64,000 bases of DNA from an uncultured bacterium. Its GTDB lineage: Bacteria; Fidelibacterota; UBA2242. Made by a program: the position numbers and the translations under genes. This document shows, piece after piece, positions 41,857-51,786 of the stretch; within the stretch, counting starts at the first letter, position 1; each line of letters opens with the position of its first letter. Under the pieces are notes generated by a model. It was not told the DNA's origin. It made no database searches and saw only the letters and a list, made by a program, of their open reading frames with translations. The stretch is from positions 18,530-82,529 of the forward strand of contig CAZPRY010000015.1 of the NCBI GenBank assembly GCA_964589175.1, in the 5' to 3' direction.

Positions 41857-43197
41857 ATGAACCACTCAGACGAGGGAAATACCCTATATGTCTATTTTGT
41901 TTCAATCGTCGCCGCCGTCGGCGGTCTGTTATTCGGATTTGATACCGGAGTGATTTCGGGAGCTATCCCCTTTGTAACCCAGCATTTTGGCCTCAACGTA
42001 TATCAGGAAGGATTTACAGTCAGCGTCCTTATCATTGCATGTATCATTGGTGCAAGCGGTGTAGGTGCTTTAAGCGATAGATTCGGTGAGAAGAAGATTC
42101 TTATTTATATTGCGCTGCTTTTTACGATTTCGGCGGTTCTATCCGCTCTTGCCAGAACGCATCTGGAATTGATTATAGCCCGACTTATCGGTGGCCTTGC
42201 AGTAGGCGCATCATCGGTACTATCCCCGATGTATATTTCCGAAATATCGCCGGCACGAATACGCGGCCGTCTGGTCTCGCTCAATCAATTCACCATTGTT
42301 TTAGGAATCTTATTGACCTATATCTCCAACTGGCTTCTGGTGGATATCGGACCGAATAACTGGCGATGGATGTTTGCAGTCGAAGCCGTTCCGGCAGGAT
42401 TTTTTATCATCCTGCTTTTTCTTGTCCCCGAGAGCCCGCGCTGGTTGGCGAAAAAGGGTAATCAAAATGGTGCCGTGGCCATCCTTAGCAAAATCAGTGG
42501 TCGAAAACAGGCTGAGACAGAGATGAATGAAATAGCGACGGCGCTTAAAGGGGAAGAGGGTTCTTTTTACGAACTTTTACAGCCGGGGCTCAGGAAAATT
42601 CTGATTGTAGCCGTTCTTCTCGGTTTTTTCTCCCAAATTTGCGGCATCGATGCCGTAATCTACTATGCACCGAAAATATTTTTGCGGAGTGGTTATGCAA
42701 GCGCTTCTTCGGCATTTCTCGCCTCTGTAATGGTCGCAGTGATCAATTTTTTATTTACATTTATTGCCCTCATCTATGTTGACAAATTTGGCCGAAAACC
42801 GCTTTTACTGGTTGGTCTGGCGGGCATGACAATTTCGTTTATATTTGCCGGTTATGCGATGCAATCGGGCACTACCCGGACTTATCTGGTTTTAATCCCC
42901 TTTTTATCCTATATCGCATTTTTTTCGTTCAGTATGGGTCCGATTCCCTGGATATTCATATCGGAAGTATTCCCGAATAAAATCAGGGGGCGGGTGGTAT
43001 CCATCGCGACGATGGCATTGTGGGTTTCCAATTTTATCGTTGTTCAGAATTTTCCCTGGATGGTTGAGGCTATCGGTGGCGGGAGCTTCTATATCTTCTC
43101 ACTGGTTTGTTTTGTCACTTTTCTGTTTGTACTGCTGATGATAACGGAGACCAAGGGCAAGACGCTGGAAGAAATCGAACGTATGTGGAAGCGATAA
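41857..43197 (+). CDS. Sugar porter family MFS transporter
   Basis: GGLLFGFDTGVISGA, SDRFG, YISEISP..IRG.LV, PESPRWL, DKFGRK, SEVFP, ETKGKTLEEI. Start 41857 (ATG) or 41824 (GTG). Confidence 0.95.
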   Translation: MNHSDEGNTLYVYFVSIVAAVGGLLFGFDTGVISGAIPFVTQHFGLNVYQEGFTVSVLIIACIIGASGVGALSDRFGEKKILIYIALLFTISAVLSALARTHLELIIARLIGGLAVGASSVLSPMYISEISPARIRGRLVSLNQFTIVLGILLTYISNWLLVDIGPNNWRWMFAVEAVPAGFFIILLFLVPESPRWLAKKGNQNGAVAILSKISGRKQAETEMNEIATALKGEEGSFYELLQPGLRKILIVAVLLGFFSQICGIDAVIYYAPKIFLRSGYASASSAFLASVMVAVINFLFTFIALIYVDKFGRKPLLLVGLAGMTISFIFAGYAMQSGTTRTYLVLIPFLSYIAFFSFSMGPIPWIFISEVFPNKIRGRVVSIATMALWVSNFIVVQNFPWMVEAIGGGSFYIFSLVCFVTFLFVLLMITETKGKTLEEIERMWKR

Positions 43198-43234
43198 AAA
43201 TCCGTAGTATTGTACTTTCTAAATAGGAGAGGAA

Positions 43235-45058
43235 ATGACAGTCTATTATTCTGCTAAAAGTAGAACCGCCAACCGCCCTCAAGTCTCAAAAACAACCATT
43301 GATACCATAGTCGTTGGAAAACGGGAAGTCTGTGAATCAATTGTTGACTCAATAAGTGGACATCTTGATCGGAATAAAACTCCCTGCTTTTTAGCACTCG
43401 ACGGTTATTTAGGTATTGAATGGATGAAGATAATCCGGGAATTGAGCGATATTTTAGAAGAAAAACAGATAGCGATCAAGACCCTGGATATAGAATCATG
43501 TTTTAAGAAGCCTCACGAAATAGATGAGATGATTCAGCGCTACCTGGAATGCGATCCTGATTTCGGGTACGTATTTGACGGTCAGCTAGAACAATTTTTC
43601 GATTCGATTAAGTTAAATGATTTGGAAAAGGAGTTATACAATCTCAGACTGATCAGCTTAAAAAATCCAAAGACGGCAGTAATATGTTACGGGTGCGGTG
43701 CAGATTTAGAGCGGCTTAAAGTCTTATTTGACCGGATAGTGTATTTTGACTTGACACGGGAGGAACTATTCAATCGTTCCGAGATAAATTCGATTTCCTG
43801 CCTGGGCGCTAAGGACGGTGACTGGCCGGTGCATGCAAATCTAAAAAGATTCTGCTATGTGGATTCTCAGGTGCTGGACAAACATAAAAGAAGAGCTCTC
43901 AAAGAAATGGATTGCTACGTAGATGCTAACAGCACGGATGAACTAAAAATCGTCCCGCGCAGCTCTTATGAGGAGATTTTATCTGATGTTGCCCAGGCGC
44001 CTATCATTATGAAACAGCTGTATTGCCCGGTCGTCTGGGGCGGCAACTGGCAAAAAGAATTGAAGAAACTTTCCAAATCAATCACGAACTCGGGACAGGG
44101 TTCCATCGTACCGACCGAGAACAGTATCGAAATAGTCCTGGATAAAATTTGTCTGGACGTCACCTTTCAAAATCTCCTCTGGCAGGAACCCATCAGGATA
44201 TTAGGCGACTACGCATTTAAAATAACTCAAGGTAAGTTCCCACTTTGCTATTATTACGATGACGAGATCGACGGAGGCCACATGGCGATCCAGGTTCATC
44301 CGAATGATAGTTATATTAGGAAAAATTTCAACGAAGCGATGCGGCAGGATGAAAGTTACTATATCGTGCATACCGGACCCGGCGCCAAAACCTTCCTGGG
44401 TCTTAAAGAAGATGCCGACATCGACCAGTTTCAAAGAGATGCCGTCATGAGTGAAAAGGAAAACGTAGCTATTGATTATGAGCGCTACGTCGACAGTATC
44501 GAAACCAAACCCGGAGATTTTCTCTTAATCCCGGCGGGTACGCTGCACGCTTCGGGTAGAAATCAGATGGTTATCGAGATCGACTGGATCATTGCCGCTC
44601 ACACGCCCGGATATACATTTCACATATACGATTATATGAGACCCGATCTGGACGGAACTTTCCGAACGATGCACATCAAGCACTCTTTCAATGTCCTGAA
44701 AGAGGAGCGCAGAAGCAGCTGGGTGAAGGCGAATCTGAAACAAACTCCCAGGTTAATCCGCGAAGGAGAAGGCTGGGCCGAGTTTGTCATCGGCAGCCGG
44801 GAGGACATGTTCTTAGAAGTTCGCCGGCTTGAATTTCAAAAAAAGATTCACGACGAGACAGATGGGAGAAAAATGTTTCATGCTTTGACGCTGGTCGAAG
44901 GCGAAAGCGTTATCATCCAGTCTCTCGAAAATCCCGAAAGACAATGTCATCTGAATTTTCCTGACACGCTTATTGTACCGGCCTGCCTCGGCAAATATAG
45001 CATCATCAACCTGGGAAAGAAACCCTGTAAAGTCGTTAAGGCCCTGGTGAGATCGTGA
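43235..45058 (+). CDS. manA: Class I mannose-6-phosphate isomerase, long Bacteroidetes-type (N-terminal extension + cupin)
   Basis: VVWGGNW, MAIQVHP, RQDESYY, LIPAGTLHASG, EI...YTFHIYDY.RPDLDG..R..HI.H. Confidence 0.75.
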   Translation: MTVYYSAKSRTANRPQVSKTTIDTIVVGKREVCESIVDSISGHLDRNKTPCFLALDGYLGIEWMKIIRELSDILEEKQIAIKTLDIESCFKKPHEIDEMIQRYLECDPDFGYVFDGQLEQFFDSIKLNDLEKELYNLRLISLKNPKTAVICYGCGADLERLKVLFDRIVYFDLTREELFNRSEINSISCLGAKDGDWPVHANLKRFCYVDSQVLDKHKRRALKEMDCYVDANSTDELKIVPRSSYEEILSDVAQAPIIMKQLYCPVVWGGNWQKELKKLSKSITNSGQGSIVPTENSIEIVLDKICLDVTFQNLLWQEPIRILGDYAFKITQGKFPLCYYYDDEIDGGHMAIQVHPNDSYIRKNFNEAMRQDESYYIVHTGPGAKTFLGLKEDADIDQFQRDAVMSEKENVAIDYERYVDSIETKPGDFLLIPAGTLHASGRNQMVIEIDWIIAAHTPGYTFHIYDYMRPDLDGTFRTMHIKHSFNVLKEERRSSWVKANLKQTPRLIREGEGWAEFVIGSREDMFLEVRRLEFQKKIHDETDGRKMFHALTLVEGESVIIQSLENPERQCHLNFPDTLIVPACLGKYSIINLGKKPCKVVKALVRS

Positions 45059-45969
45059 GGCTTACAATTGAAAATGATTTTTATGTGACGCTGGATGTCG
45101 GCGGAAGTTTTGTAAAGGCCGCCCTGTTAAGCAGCGAATATGAAGTAGTCGCAGGCTCGTTTTCAAATACGCCGATCGATACAAGCGGGCCCTCAAAACA
45201 GGTAATCGATACGATAATTGCTGTGATTGCGGAAAAATTCCGGATAGTGAAAGCATTCGGGGAAGTCAAGGCAATCGGGCTCTGTTTCCCGGAATTCTCC
45301 GACTACAGCAAGGGTACAATCGCGATGATGAAGGATAAGTTTCAACAATGCTGCGGAATCGTGCTGAGGGACGAAATCATCAACGGATTGAGATTATCCC
45401 CTGATTTTCAGATTGTATTCGAAGAGGATTCGCTCGCCTTTATGAGAGGAGCGCTAAGACGGGGGAAGGCTGAAGCCTATGACCGGATCATCGGCCTTAC
45501 GCTTGGTACGGGCCTCGGGTCGGCCTTCATGGAAAAGGGAAAAATAATACGGAACGCTCCGGGCGTCCCGCCGGATGGCGAACTTGGCTGTCTTCCGTTA
45601 AAAGGTGGAATCATTGAAGACATCATCTCCATCAAAGGCATACTCCGGATTTACAGGGGAATTAGCAGAAAGCCGGAGAATGATGTAAAAACTATCGCTC
45701 TTCAGGCGCAAAAAGGGGATGCCGCTGCAATGCGAAGCTTCGACGAATTCGGAAAAACGATGGGGCAAATACTCAAAAAATACGTCGAAGACTTCAGGGC
45801 TGAGTGCATCATTTTGGGCGGCCAGATTGCCAAAAGCTTTGAACTTTTCGCGACGCCGTTGAGGAGCGAGTTGTCGGGCGTCGTCTCGCTTCAGGAAATC
45901 GTTCCGGCTGCATCGATTAATTTCAGTTCATTTTACGGTTTACTCAGCATGATAAAAGACGTACGATAA
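45055..45969 (+). CDS. ROK family sugar kinase
   Basis: LDVGGSFVKA, EDSLAF..G, LTLGTGLGSAF, GELG, IILGGQIA; GTGA overlap with the upstream gene. Confidence 0.9.
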   Translation: MRLTIENDFYVTLDVGGSFVKAALLSSEYEVVAGSFSNTPIDTSGPSKQVIDTIIAVIAEKFRIVKAFGEVKAIGLCFPEFSDYSKGTIAMMKDKFQQCCGIVLRDEIINGLRLSPDFQIVFEEDSLAFMRGALRRGKAEAYDRIIGLTLGTGLGSAFMEKGKIIRNAPGVPPDGELGCLPLKGGIIEDIISIKGILRIYRGISRKPENDVKTIALQAQKGDAAAMRSFDEFGKTMGQILKKYVEDFRAECIILGGQIAKSFELFATPLRSELSGVVSLQEIVPAASINFSSFYGLLSMIKDVR

Positions 45970-46020
45970 GGTACGCCCAAAGAGAACAGTGTTCATTTCA
46001 GTATCCTTTGGCGGCGGTTT

Positions 46021-46154
46021 CAGCTAACGTTCGGAACTATATGCAGTACGGGATTTCGGAGCAGTTTCCTATCGAGTTACACGATACTACTTGCGAGAAC
46101 CGCATTACGAATACAGATGCAACCCGTATTGACATATAGTTTTTGTTATGCCCA
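46021..46154 (-). mobile_element. attC-like integron recombination site (attC-2)
   Basis: Minus strand: TGGGCATAAC (inverse core, 46154-46145) ... GTTAGCTG (core, 46028-46021). Inner arms AACTATATG-CAGTACGGG (46035-52) and CCCGTATTGACATATAGTT (46123-41) pair with one extra base and one mismatch; about 130 bp; begins about 11 bp after the stop of 46165-46686. Confidence 0.75.
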
Positions 46155-46164
46155 GGCTTTTTTT

Positions 46165-46686
46165 TCAATGCCATCTATAATCTGTATCTTTTAAAGGGTC
46201 AATATTTTTAAAATCATTAAAATCTTTGTATTTGTTATTCTCCCACCAATCATAATAGGCTTTTGCAGCAATTGCATGAGATACACTATCTGTGACTAAA
46301 TCTAATTCATCAGAATCTCGGAGTGCCAATATTGGATTTTGAGAAGGAAATCTCATTATCAAGTATTCGCTATTAATTGATAATGCTCGAATCGATTCAA
46401 TAGTCCATAAAACATACATCCCTAATTTGCATTCAGGTGCATATAATGATGAAATAGGATTATGAGGAAAATTAGTAATAATTTGAGTTTCATTTCTATA
46501 CTGGAGCAAGACAGGGATGTCACTATAAGTAAATGACGGAAGATTTAATGAATCATATTGACTTGATTTTAATAACTCGATATAAGTCGGGACATCAAGA
46601 TTAATTGTTTCATCATTGTCTTTTTTATCACAACCTATCAAGCCGATCAAAGAAGTCAGAAAGATTAAAAATTTCAACGTTTTCAT
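46165..46686 (-). CDS. Lipoprotein, DUF4943-like; single-gene cassette
   Basis: Lipobox LIG-C, RBS AAGGAG; P.F...DIP.LL...FP.NPISS....C.LG...LWTIESIR pattern recalled from Bacteroidetes DUF4943 proteins. Confidence 0.6.
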   Translation of the reverse strand: MKTLKFLIFLTSLIGLIGCDKKDNDETINLDVPTYIELLKSSQYDSLNLPSFTYSDIPVLLQYRNETQIITNFPHNPISSLYAPECKLGMYVLWTIESIRALSINSEYLIMRFPSQNPILALRDSDELDLVTDSVSHAIAAKAYYDWWENNKYKDFNDFKNIDPLKDTDYRWH

Positions 46687-46757
46687 ATTTTACTCCTTAC
46701 GATTACAAAGCCTTTATAGGATGCTCAAAATGTCAATTGGTTGCGTTTTTTAAGCTT

Positions 46758-46892
46758 GGGCATAACGGTTGGCGGTATGAAATCGTTGGGGATTGCGGGC
46801 TACTTTCCCGTCCACGACGACTGAAGTTTGAGCGGTGCAGAATGCTTGAATTACCACTGAAACCCTTATTGCATATAGCCTTTGTTACCTGC
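46758..46892 (-). mobile_element. attC-like integron recombination site (attC-1)
   Basis: Minus strand: GCAGGTAAC (46892-46884) ... GTTATGCCC (46766-46758), 135 bp, with imperfect inner arms (GGCTATATGCAAT vs ATTTCATACCGCC). Confidence 0.7.
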
Positions 46893-46965
46893 TGGTTTTA
46901 ATTCTTTTTAATCTAAAAGTAGGGGAGTTCATTTATCTCATTTAATAGTAATACTATTTTCCACA

Positions 46966-48198
46966 TTACAACATATTATGCCGCTTAATTATATCCGTTG
47001 TTACAACATCAATGTTGCCATTAGTCACTGTAATATAACCATCAATGGTACCAAAAATACCGTCAACATCCCCGTAATCAGTTCTTAAAAACATTATTGA
47101 CTCATTATTTCTCTGATTCATTAAATCTCTGATTGCTCTCCATTCCAAACCACACCACTCTTTTACATTATATTTACTGCATAGACAAACAACTATTAAA
47201 TCAGACTCATCATGATAAAGTTTTTGTAAATGTGTATCTAAATTTGGTCTTGCAAATTCTGCACTATGAAATTCATCATATAGAATTTCATCTTTAGGAA
47301 AATGTGTTGTTAATTTGTTAGCAATCCCTTTAATAATTTTCCTGTATTCGCCGGGAAACGACAATGCAACTCTAAATCGTTTTTGTTTATTTTTCATTTT
47401 TGTATTTAATAAATTATCTATTTGATTTGCAATGTTTTTTACATTTGATTGCAAGTTTCTAAAACTCTTTGCTGATTCTTCGTATTTTATTTGACAATTA
47501 CCAGCCGTCTCACAGTTCTTTGTATCTATAAGTAGTTGTGAAAAAACTCTTTGTAAATTGTTTTTTTGTTCTTCTATTTTAGATTTTAATGATGATATTT
47601 CTCTTTTATCTTTCAGATTCAAATTGCCATCTCTACTCTTTTTATTCAAGACATCTAACAATTTATCGCATAAAGCAGTTAATGTGTCTTTTTCTTTGTT
47701 AGCATTATCTAAAATTTTACCTCTCTCTTTTATTCTTTCAAATCGTTTGAGTTCGTCTTCAACATTAATTTTAACACCCATTTCCGCTTGAAGAGGCTCT
47801 GAGGTTTCAACATCAAATACTCTAAAACAATGAGTGTATAAAGTTTTAATACCATGCCCAAAACAATCTTTGTCTTCTGCCAAGTTGTGCATATGTTGCC
47901 CAGTAGTAATAATAGTTTCGCAATCTTCTATCGCATCTTCTTTTTCATATTGAGCAACAAATTCATCGACAAAATCTTTGCCTAAAACTTGTTCTTTTTT
48001 TCTATCATATACTGTTTCACATTTGCCTTCCCATAATTTTATTTTGCGATTTTTAGCACATGCCCAAATTGTAAAAGGGGCTTCGTCTAAAAATGCTAAC
48101 TTCATTCTGTCTTCATAACTGACTGCCCTCTGACTGATTAAATTTATTATGTATTCAATCAGTTCTTTTTTACTCATTTTATTATAGTCTATATCCAT
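46966..48198 (-). CDS. PAS domain - coiled coil - TIR domain protein
   Basis: N-terminal PAS-like segment (FLDEAPFTIWAC...LWEGKCETVYDRKKEQVLGKDF), heptad-rich middle, C-terminal TIR (VALSFPGE, LYDEF, LDTHLQKLY, VVCLCSKYNVKEWCGLEW with the conserved Glu). Confidence 0.8.
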   Translation of the reverse strand: MDIDYNKMSKKELIEYIINLISQRAVSYEDRMKLAFLDEAPFTIWACAKNRKIKLWEGKCETVYDRKKEQVLGKDFVDEFVAQYEKEDAIEDCETIITTGQHMHNLAEDKDCFGHGIKTLYTHCFRVFDVETSEPLQAEMGVKINVEDELKRFERIKERGKILDNANKEKDTLTALCDKLLDVLNKKSRDGNLNLKDKREISSLKSKIEEQKNNLQRVFSQLLIDTKNCETAGNCQIKYEESAKSFRNLQSNVKNIANQIDNLLNTKMKNKQKRFRVALSFPGEYRKIIKGIANKLTTHFPKDEILYDEFHSAEFARPNLDTHLQKLYHDESDLIVVCLCSKYNVKEWCGLEWRAIRDLMNQRNNESIMFLRTDYGDVDGIFGTIDGYITVTNGNIDVVTTDIIKRHNML

Positions 48199-48217
48199 AA
48201 TAAATAAACTTTATACG

Positions 48218-49000
48218 TTACTCTTGAATTGTACGCCCCGATTCTCTCATAAATGTATAATCAACACAGTTAAAACCACCGTCAATTATATAGGTTGTAC
48301 CTGTTATAAAGGATGCTTTTTCGGAAGCCAAGAAACTCACTAATTCTGCTATTTCCTTCGGTTCTGCAAACCTGCCTAATGGAGTGAGTTGTGGGGCAAT
48401 TTTCCATGAAATTTCAGGTATCATATTGACATCTGTTTTAACCCAGCCGGGTGCTATTGCAACAACCCTGATATGCTTTTCATCATAACCAAAATTGATA
48501 GCCAAACTTTGCGTAGCATTTATTAACGCTGCCTTACTTGCCGCATAGGACATACTCGAAAACGAGCCTTTCAGCCCATCTGTACTTGCAATATTGATAA
48601 TTACTCCATTATCAATGAGCGAGTTTTTTAATCCTGTACTTATAGCGAAAGGTGCTGTTACATTTACGGAAAAAATGGTATCCCATATTGCCATGTCGTA
48701 ATTGTTGTAATCTTCGCCATCAGGGAAAGTACCAGCATTATTGACGATTAAACTGAAGGTTTCCTTTTTCATTTCGTCAATAAAAGCCATAAGCAGTTCT
48801 CTGTCGGTAAAATCGGCTTTGTGCATTTTGTACTTATTCGGATACAATTTTGCGAAATCTTTTTCACACAGATTTTCCGAATTATAAACTGCGTGAACGA
48901 AATAGCCTTCCGAAAGTAAATGCTTACAGATTGCAAAACCAATTCCGGTTGTTCTCGAAACACCGGTAACTAATGCTGTTTTTTTTACTTTTTGACTCAT
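48218..49000 (-). CDS. Short-chain dehydrogenase/reductase (FabG-like)
   Basis: VTGVSRTTGIG, VNNAG, INIAS, YAASK, APGW, GRFAEP.EIA..V.FLAS. Confidence 0.93.
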   Translation of the reverse strand: MSQKVKKTALVTGVSRTTGIGFAICKHLLSEGYFVHAVYNSENLCEKDFAKLYPNKYKMHKADFTDRELLMAFIDEMKKETFSLIVNNAGTFPDGEDYNNYDMAIWDTIFSVNVTAPFAISTGLKNSLIDNGVIINIASTDGLKGSFSSMSYAASKAALINATQSLAINFGYDEKHIRVVAIAPGWVKTDVNMIPEISWKIAPQLTPLGRFAEPKEIAELVSFLASEKASFITGTTYIIDGGFNCVDYTFMRESGRTIQE

Positions 49001-49007
49001 AATATAA

Positions 49008-50156
49008 TCATTTAAAATTATTTACAGGAACTTGTTGCAATATACAATGAACACCACCACCGCCTAAAAGTAATTCGCGTGACGGTATTGGTATAATTTT
49101 TCTGCCTTTAAAAACAGAGGCAAATATTTTGTATGCGTTTTCGTCATATTCCAATGTTATTTTGTCTTCGGCAGAAGCAAACGAAGGAATTAGAACTGCA
49201 CCATTACAAACATAAGAGTTCATGTATGAAGCTGGAAGTCTATCGCCAGGCAATCTTGGAATTGCATATTCAGAAGAATCTACTCCGATATGTTCTTCTT
49301 CTGTTGTACACTGAACAGGAGGTTGCGAAACTTTAATCACATTATATTTCTCGCCAAAAGCATTTTTAGCATTCACTAAAATTATGTATGCCTCAAGCGA
49401 AATATCATATTGAGGGTCTGTTTCATCATCGCACCAATTCATAAGAATTGTTTTTGAATCTGCAAAACAGCACATATTGTCAATATGTCCGTTGTTTTCC
49501 TCTATATATAAACCACGTTCCAACCAAATGAAATTTGTTACACCCAAATATTTGGTAAAAATTACTTCAATTTCTTGCAAAGAAAGATTGTTATTTCGCT
49601 TTAAAATACACTCTTTTGTTGCAATTAATGTTCCTTTGCCATCCACTTGAATTGCTCCTCCCTCCAAAACCAAAGGACAGCGGTAACGGTTAGCTTTCTC
49701 AATTTCCAAAACTTTTCTTGCAACCATATCATCTAATTTCCATGGAAAATAGGAGCCTGTTAATTCCCACGGATTTATATTGCTATTGCGCCCAATTCCG
49801 CCCCATGCATTAAAGTGCCAATCAACACCTCGTAGTTCTTTTTTATCATTTACGACAAAAGTTGGTCCTGTATCTCTAATCCAAGCATCGTCATACGAAA
49901 TTTCAACAACTCTGATACTTGGGTTTAATCTATTTCGTGAATTTTCATATTGGGATTGCGTAACTCCCACTACAACATCTTCATAATTAGCAATAGCATT
50001 CGCTATTTCAGCAAATATTTTTTGTGCGGGTTTGGCACCCAATCGCCAAATATCATTTCTTTCGGGCCACAGCATCCAAGTCGCTGAATGTTGTTCAAAC
50101 TCGGCGGGCATAAAGAAACCTTCAACATGAGGATATTTATCAATAATAGTCATCAT
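49008..50156 (-). CDS. aguA: Agmatine deiminase / peptidyl-arginine deiminase family protein
   Basis: MPAEFE.H..TWMLWP, DAWIRDTGP, LEGG, GHIDN, ASYMN, GGGVHCILQQVP with the catalytic Cys. Confidence 0.9.
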   Translation of the reverse strand: MMTIIDKYPHVEGFFMPAEFEQHSATWMLWPERNDIWRLGAKPAQKIFAEIANAIANYEDVVVGVTQSQYENSRNRLNPSIRVVEISYDDAWIRDTGPTFVVNDKKELRGVDWHFNAWGGIGRNSNINPWELTGSYFPWKLDDMVARKVLEIEKANRYRCPLVLEGGAIQVDGKGTLIATKECILKRNNNLSLQEIEVIFTKYLGVTNFIWLERGLYIEENNGHIDNMCCFADSKTILMNWCDDETDPQYDISLEAYIILVNAKNAFGEKYNVIKVSQPPVQCTTEEEHIGVDSSEYAIPRLPGDRLPASYMNSYVCNGAVLIPSFASAEDKITLEYDENAYKIFASVFKGRKIIPIPSRELLLGGGGVHCILQQVPVNNFK

Positions 50157-50659
50157 AAAATATTGTTTTTAATTTTTTCTTTCAAATATGTTGCAAAATA
50201 CTCAAAATATTTTTCTTGTATTTCTTTTAATTTCCAATCTCTTCCGGTTATAACTTTCCGACAATTAGTTGCCCCACAAGTACATCCAAAGGAATAATCT
50301 TCATTATCTAAAAAGGCGTAATCAATTGTAAGTTCGTCATCAATTTCAATGTCAAGTATGGCAACAAATGTAATTTCCCCTCTAATTCCACAGTTAGGAT
50401 TACATGAATGATTTACATATAGTTTAATCTTATCTTCTTCTTCAGCATTAGTGGCACCTAAATAATATGTATCATCAATAGGGTGATAACTATTGATAAC
50501 TCCAGAAGAAAATATTTGCTCTCTTTTAAGAATGTGTCCACCTTTTATAAACACTATTTCCCCTTTTTGAAAAGACTCTTTTGCAAACATTCCTTTTTTA
50601 TGAGTGCTACTTTCGCGAATTTCAACTTTGTCCGATAATATTGATTTTACCATATCCAA
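50153..50659 (-). CDS. SET-domain methyltransferase with post-SET zinc motif
   Basis: KGMFAK, NHSCNPN, ELTIDY, CTCGATNCR. Confidence 0.93.
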   Translation of the reverse strand: MDMVKSILSDKVEIRESSTHKKGMFAKESFQKGEIVFIKGGHILKREQIFSSGVINSYHPIDDTYYLGATNAEEEDKIKLYVNHSCNPNCGIRGEITFVAILDIEIDDELTIDYAFLDNEDYSFGCTCGATNCRKVITGRDWKLKEIQEKYFEYFATYLKEKIKNNIL

Positions 50660-50667
50660 AATAAATT

Positions 50668-51786
50668 TTATGGGTGCATATAATCAAATTTTTCAGACGC
50701 TCCAAGTTCTTTATACAAAGTCCGTATTGCTTTGCATGCAATCGGTATTTGTCCATCTAATTTACCTGTTTCGTTCATTACTTCACCAAGACAATATCCG
50801 CTACAATGCAATTTGGCAACACAAGTTTTACAATGAGCGATATTATCTACATTGCGGCTTTGCAATGCTTTAATCTTTTCTGGATAATATTCAAATTGCT
50901 TTGTCTGTTCGTCCCATTTGCCATAAATAAAACAATCCATGTGATTTGCATTTGCTCCAAGTACCACCAAATCACAGGCAGAAACATAACCATCGGGCGT
51001 TAAATGCGGAACAGGGGTACAGGAACGACAATTTATTTTTGCTTCGCCGTCGAAATTACAAGTCAGAAAACTACCGTAAAACACGCCTGTCTGTTTAGCG
51101 TATCGGTGTGCCTCAACAAAGTTTTGAATGTATGTGCCCATGTCAAAATGAAAGTTTGCAAGTTTTTCCTTGTCATCGCAAACGGGAATTTTATCCACAG
51201 CAGGAAATTCGGGGTCTGTCCAAATATATTTTATTCCTAAACTGTTAAAATAATCAACCATTTCTTTTTGTCGGCGTATGTTTAAGTCGGTCATCGTAAC
51301 CCTTACACCTACCATTAAATTATGCTTATCCCGATTGACAAACAACCATTTTATATTTTCTTCGATTTTGGGTGCGGAAGGTTTTTTGTGTGGGAAAGGT
51401 CGTTGTGTATTTTGAATATCGGGCGTTCCGTCAAACGACACCCATACGATATTTATGTTGTCCAAAATCCATTTCAGAACTCTCGGACTGAAAGCGCCGT
51501 TTGTTTGAAGTTCTGCCGTAACTTCGTTTCCGCCCTTTTGTCGGGCATAGTCGGTTATTTGCCGCATTAGGTCAAATTCTTGCGTTGGCTCACCAGGTCC
51601 GTAAAAACGGATATGCCTGCTTTTATTTTTAGCAAAATATTCATCTATCCCCGCCTTTGCAATTTCCAAAGGCAGAGACTTTTCTTCAAGTTCGCCTCTT
51701 TCCTTGCTGTTATAGCAATATATACAACGCAAATTGCATTTCGTTGTCAGAAAGAATGAAATCATTTGTTTATTGCAATGCGGCAT
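50668..51786 (-). CDS. Radical SAM protein with SPASM domain
   Basis: CNLRCIYC, GPGEPT, QTNG, VSFDG; C-terminal CRSC...ACD...CKTCVAKLHCSGYC...C auxiliary-cluster cysteines. Confidence 0.93.
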   Translation of the reverse strand: MPHCNKQMISFFLTTKCNLRCIYCYNSKERGELEEKSLPLEIAKAGIDEYFAKNKSRHIRFYGPGEPTQEFDLMRQITDYARQKGGNEVTAELQTNGAFSPRVLKWILDNINIVWVSFDGTPDIQNTQRPFPHKKPSAPKIEENIKWLFVNRDKHNLMVGVRVTMTDLNIRRQKEMVDYFNSLGIKYIWTDPEFPAVDKIPVCDDKEKLANFHFDMGTYIQNFVEAHRYAKQTGVFYGSFLTCNFDGEAKINCRSCTPVPHLTPDGYVSACDLVVLGANANHMDCFIYGKWDEQTKQFEYYPEKIKALQSRNVDNIAHCKTCVAKLHCSGYCLGEVMNETGKLDGQIPIACKAIRTLYKELGASEKFDYMHP

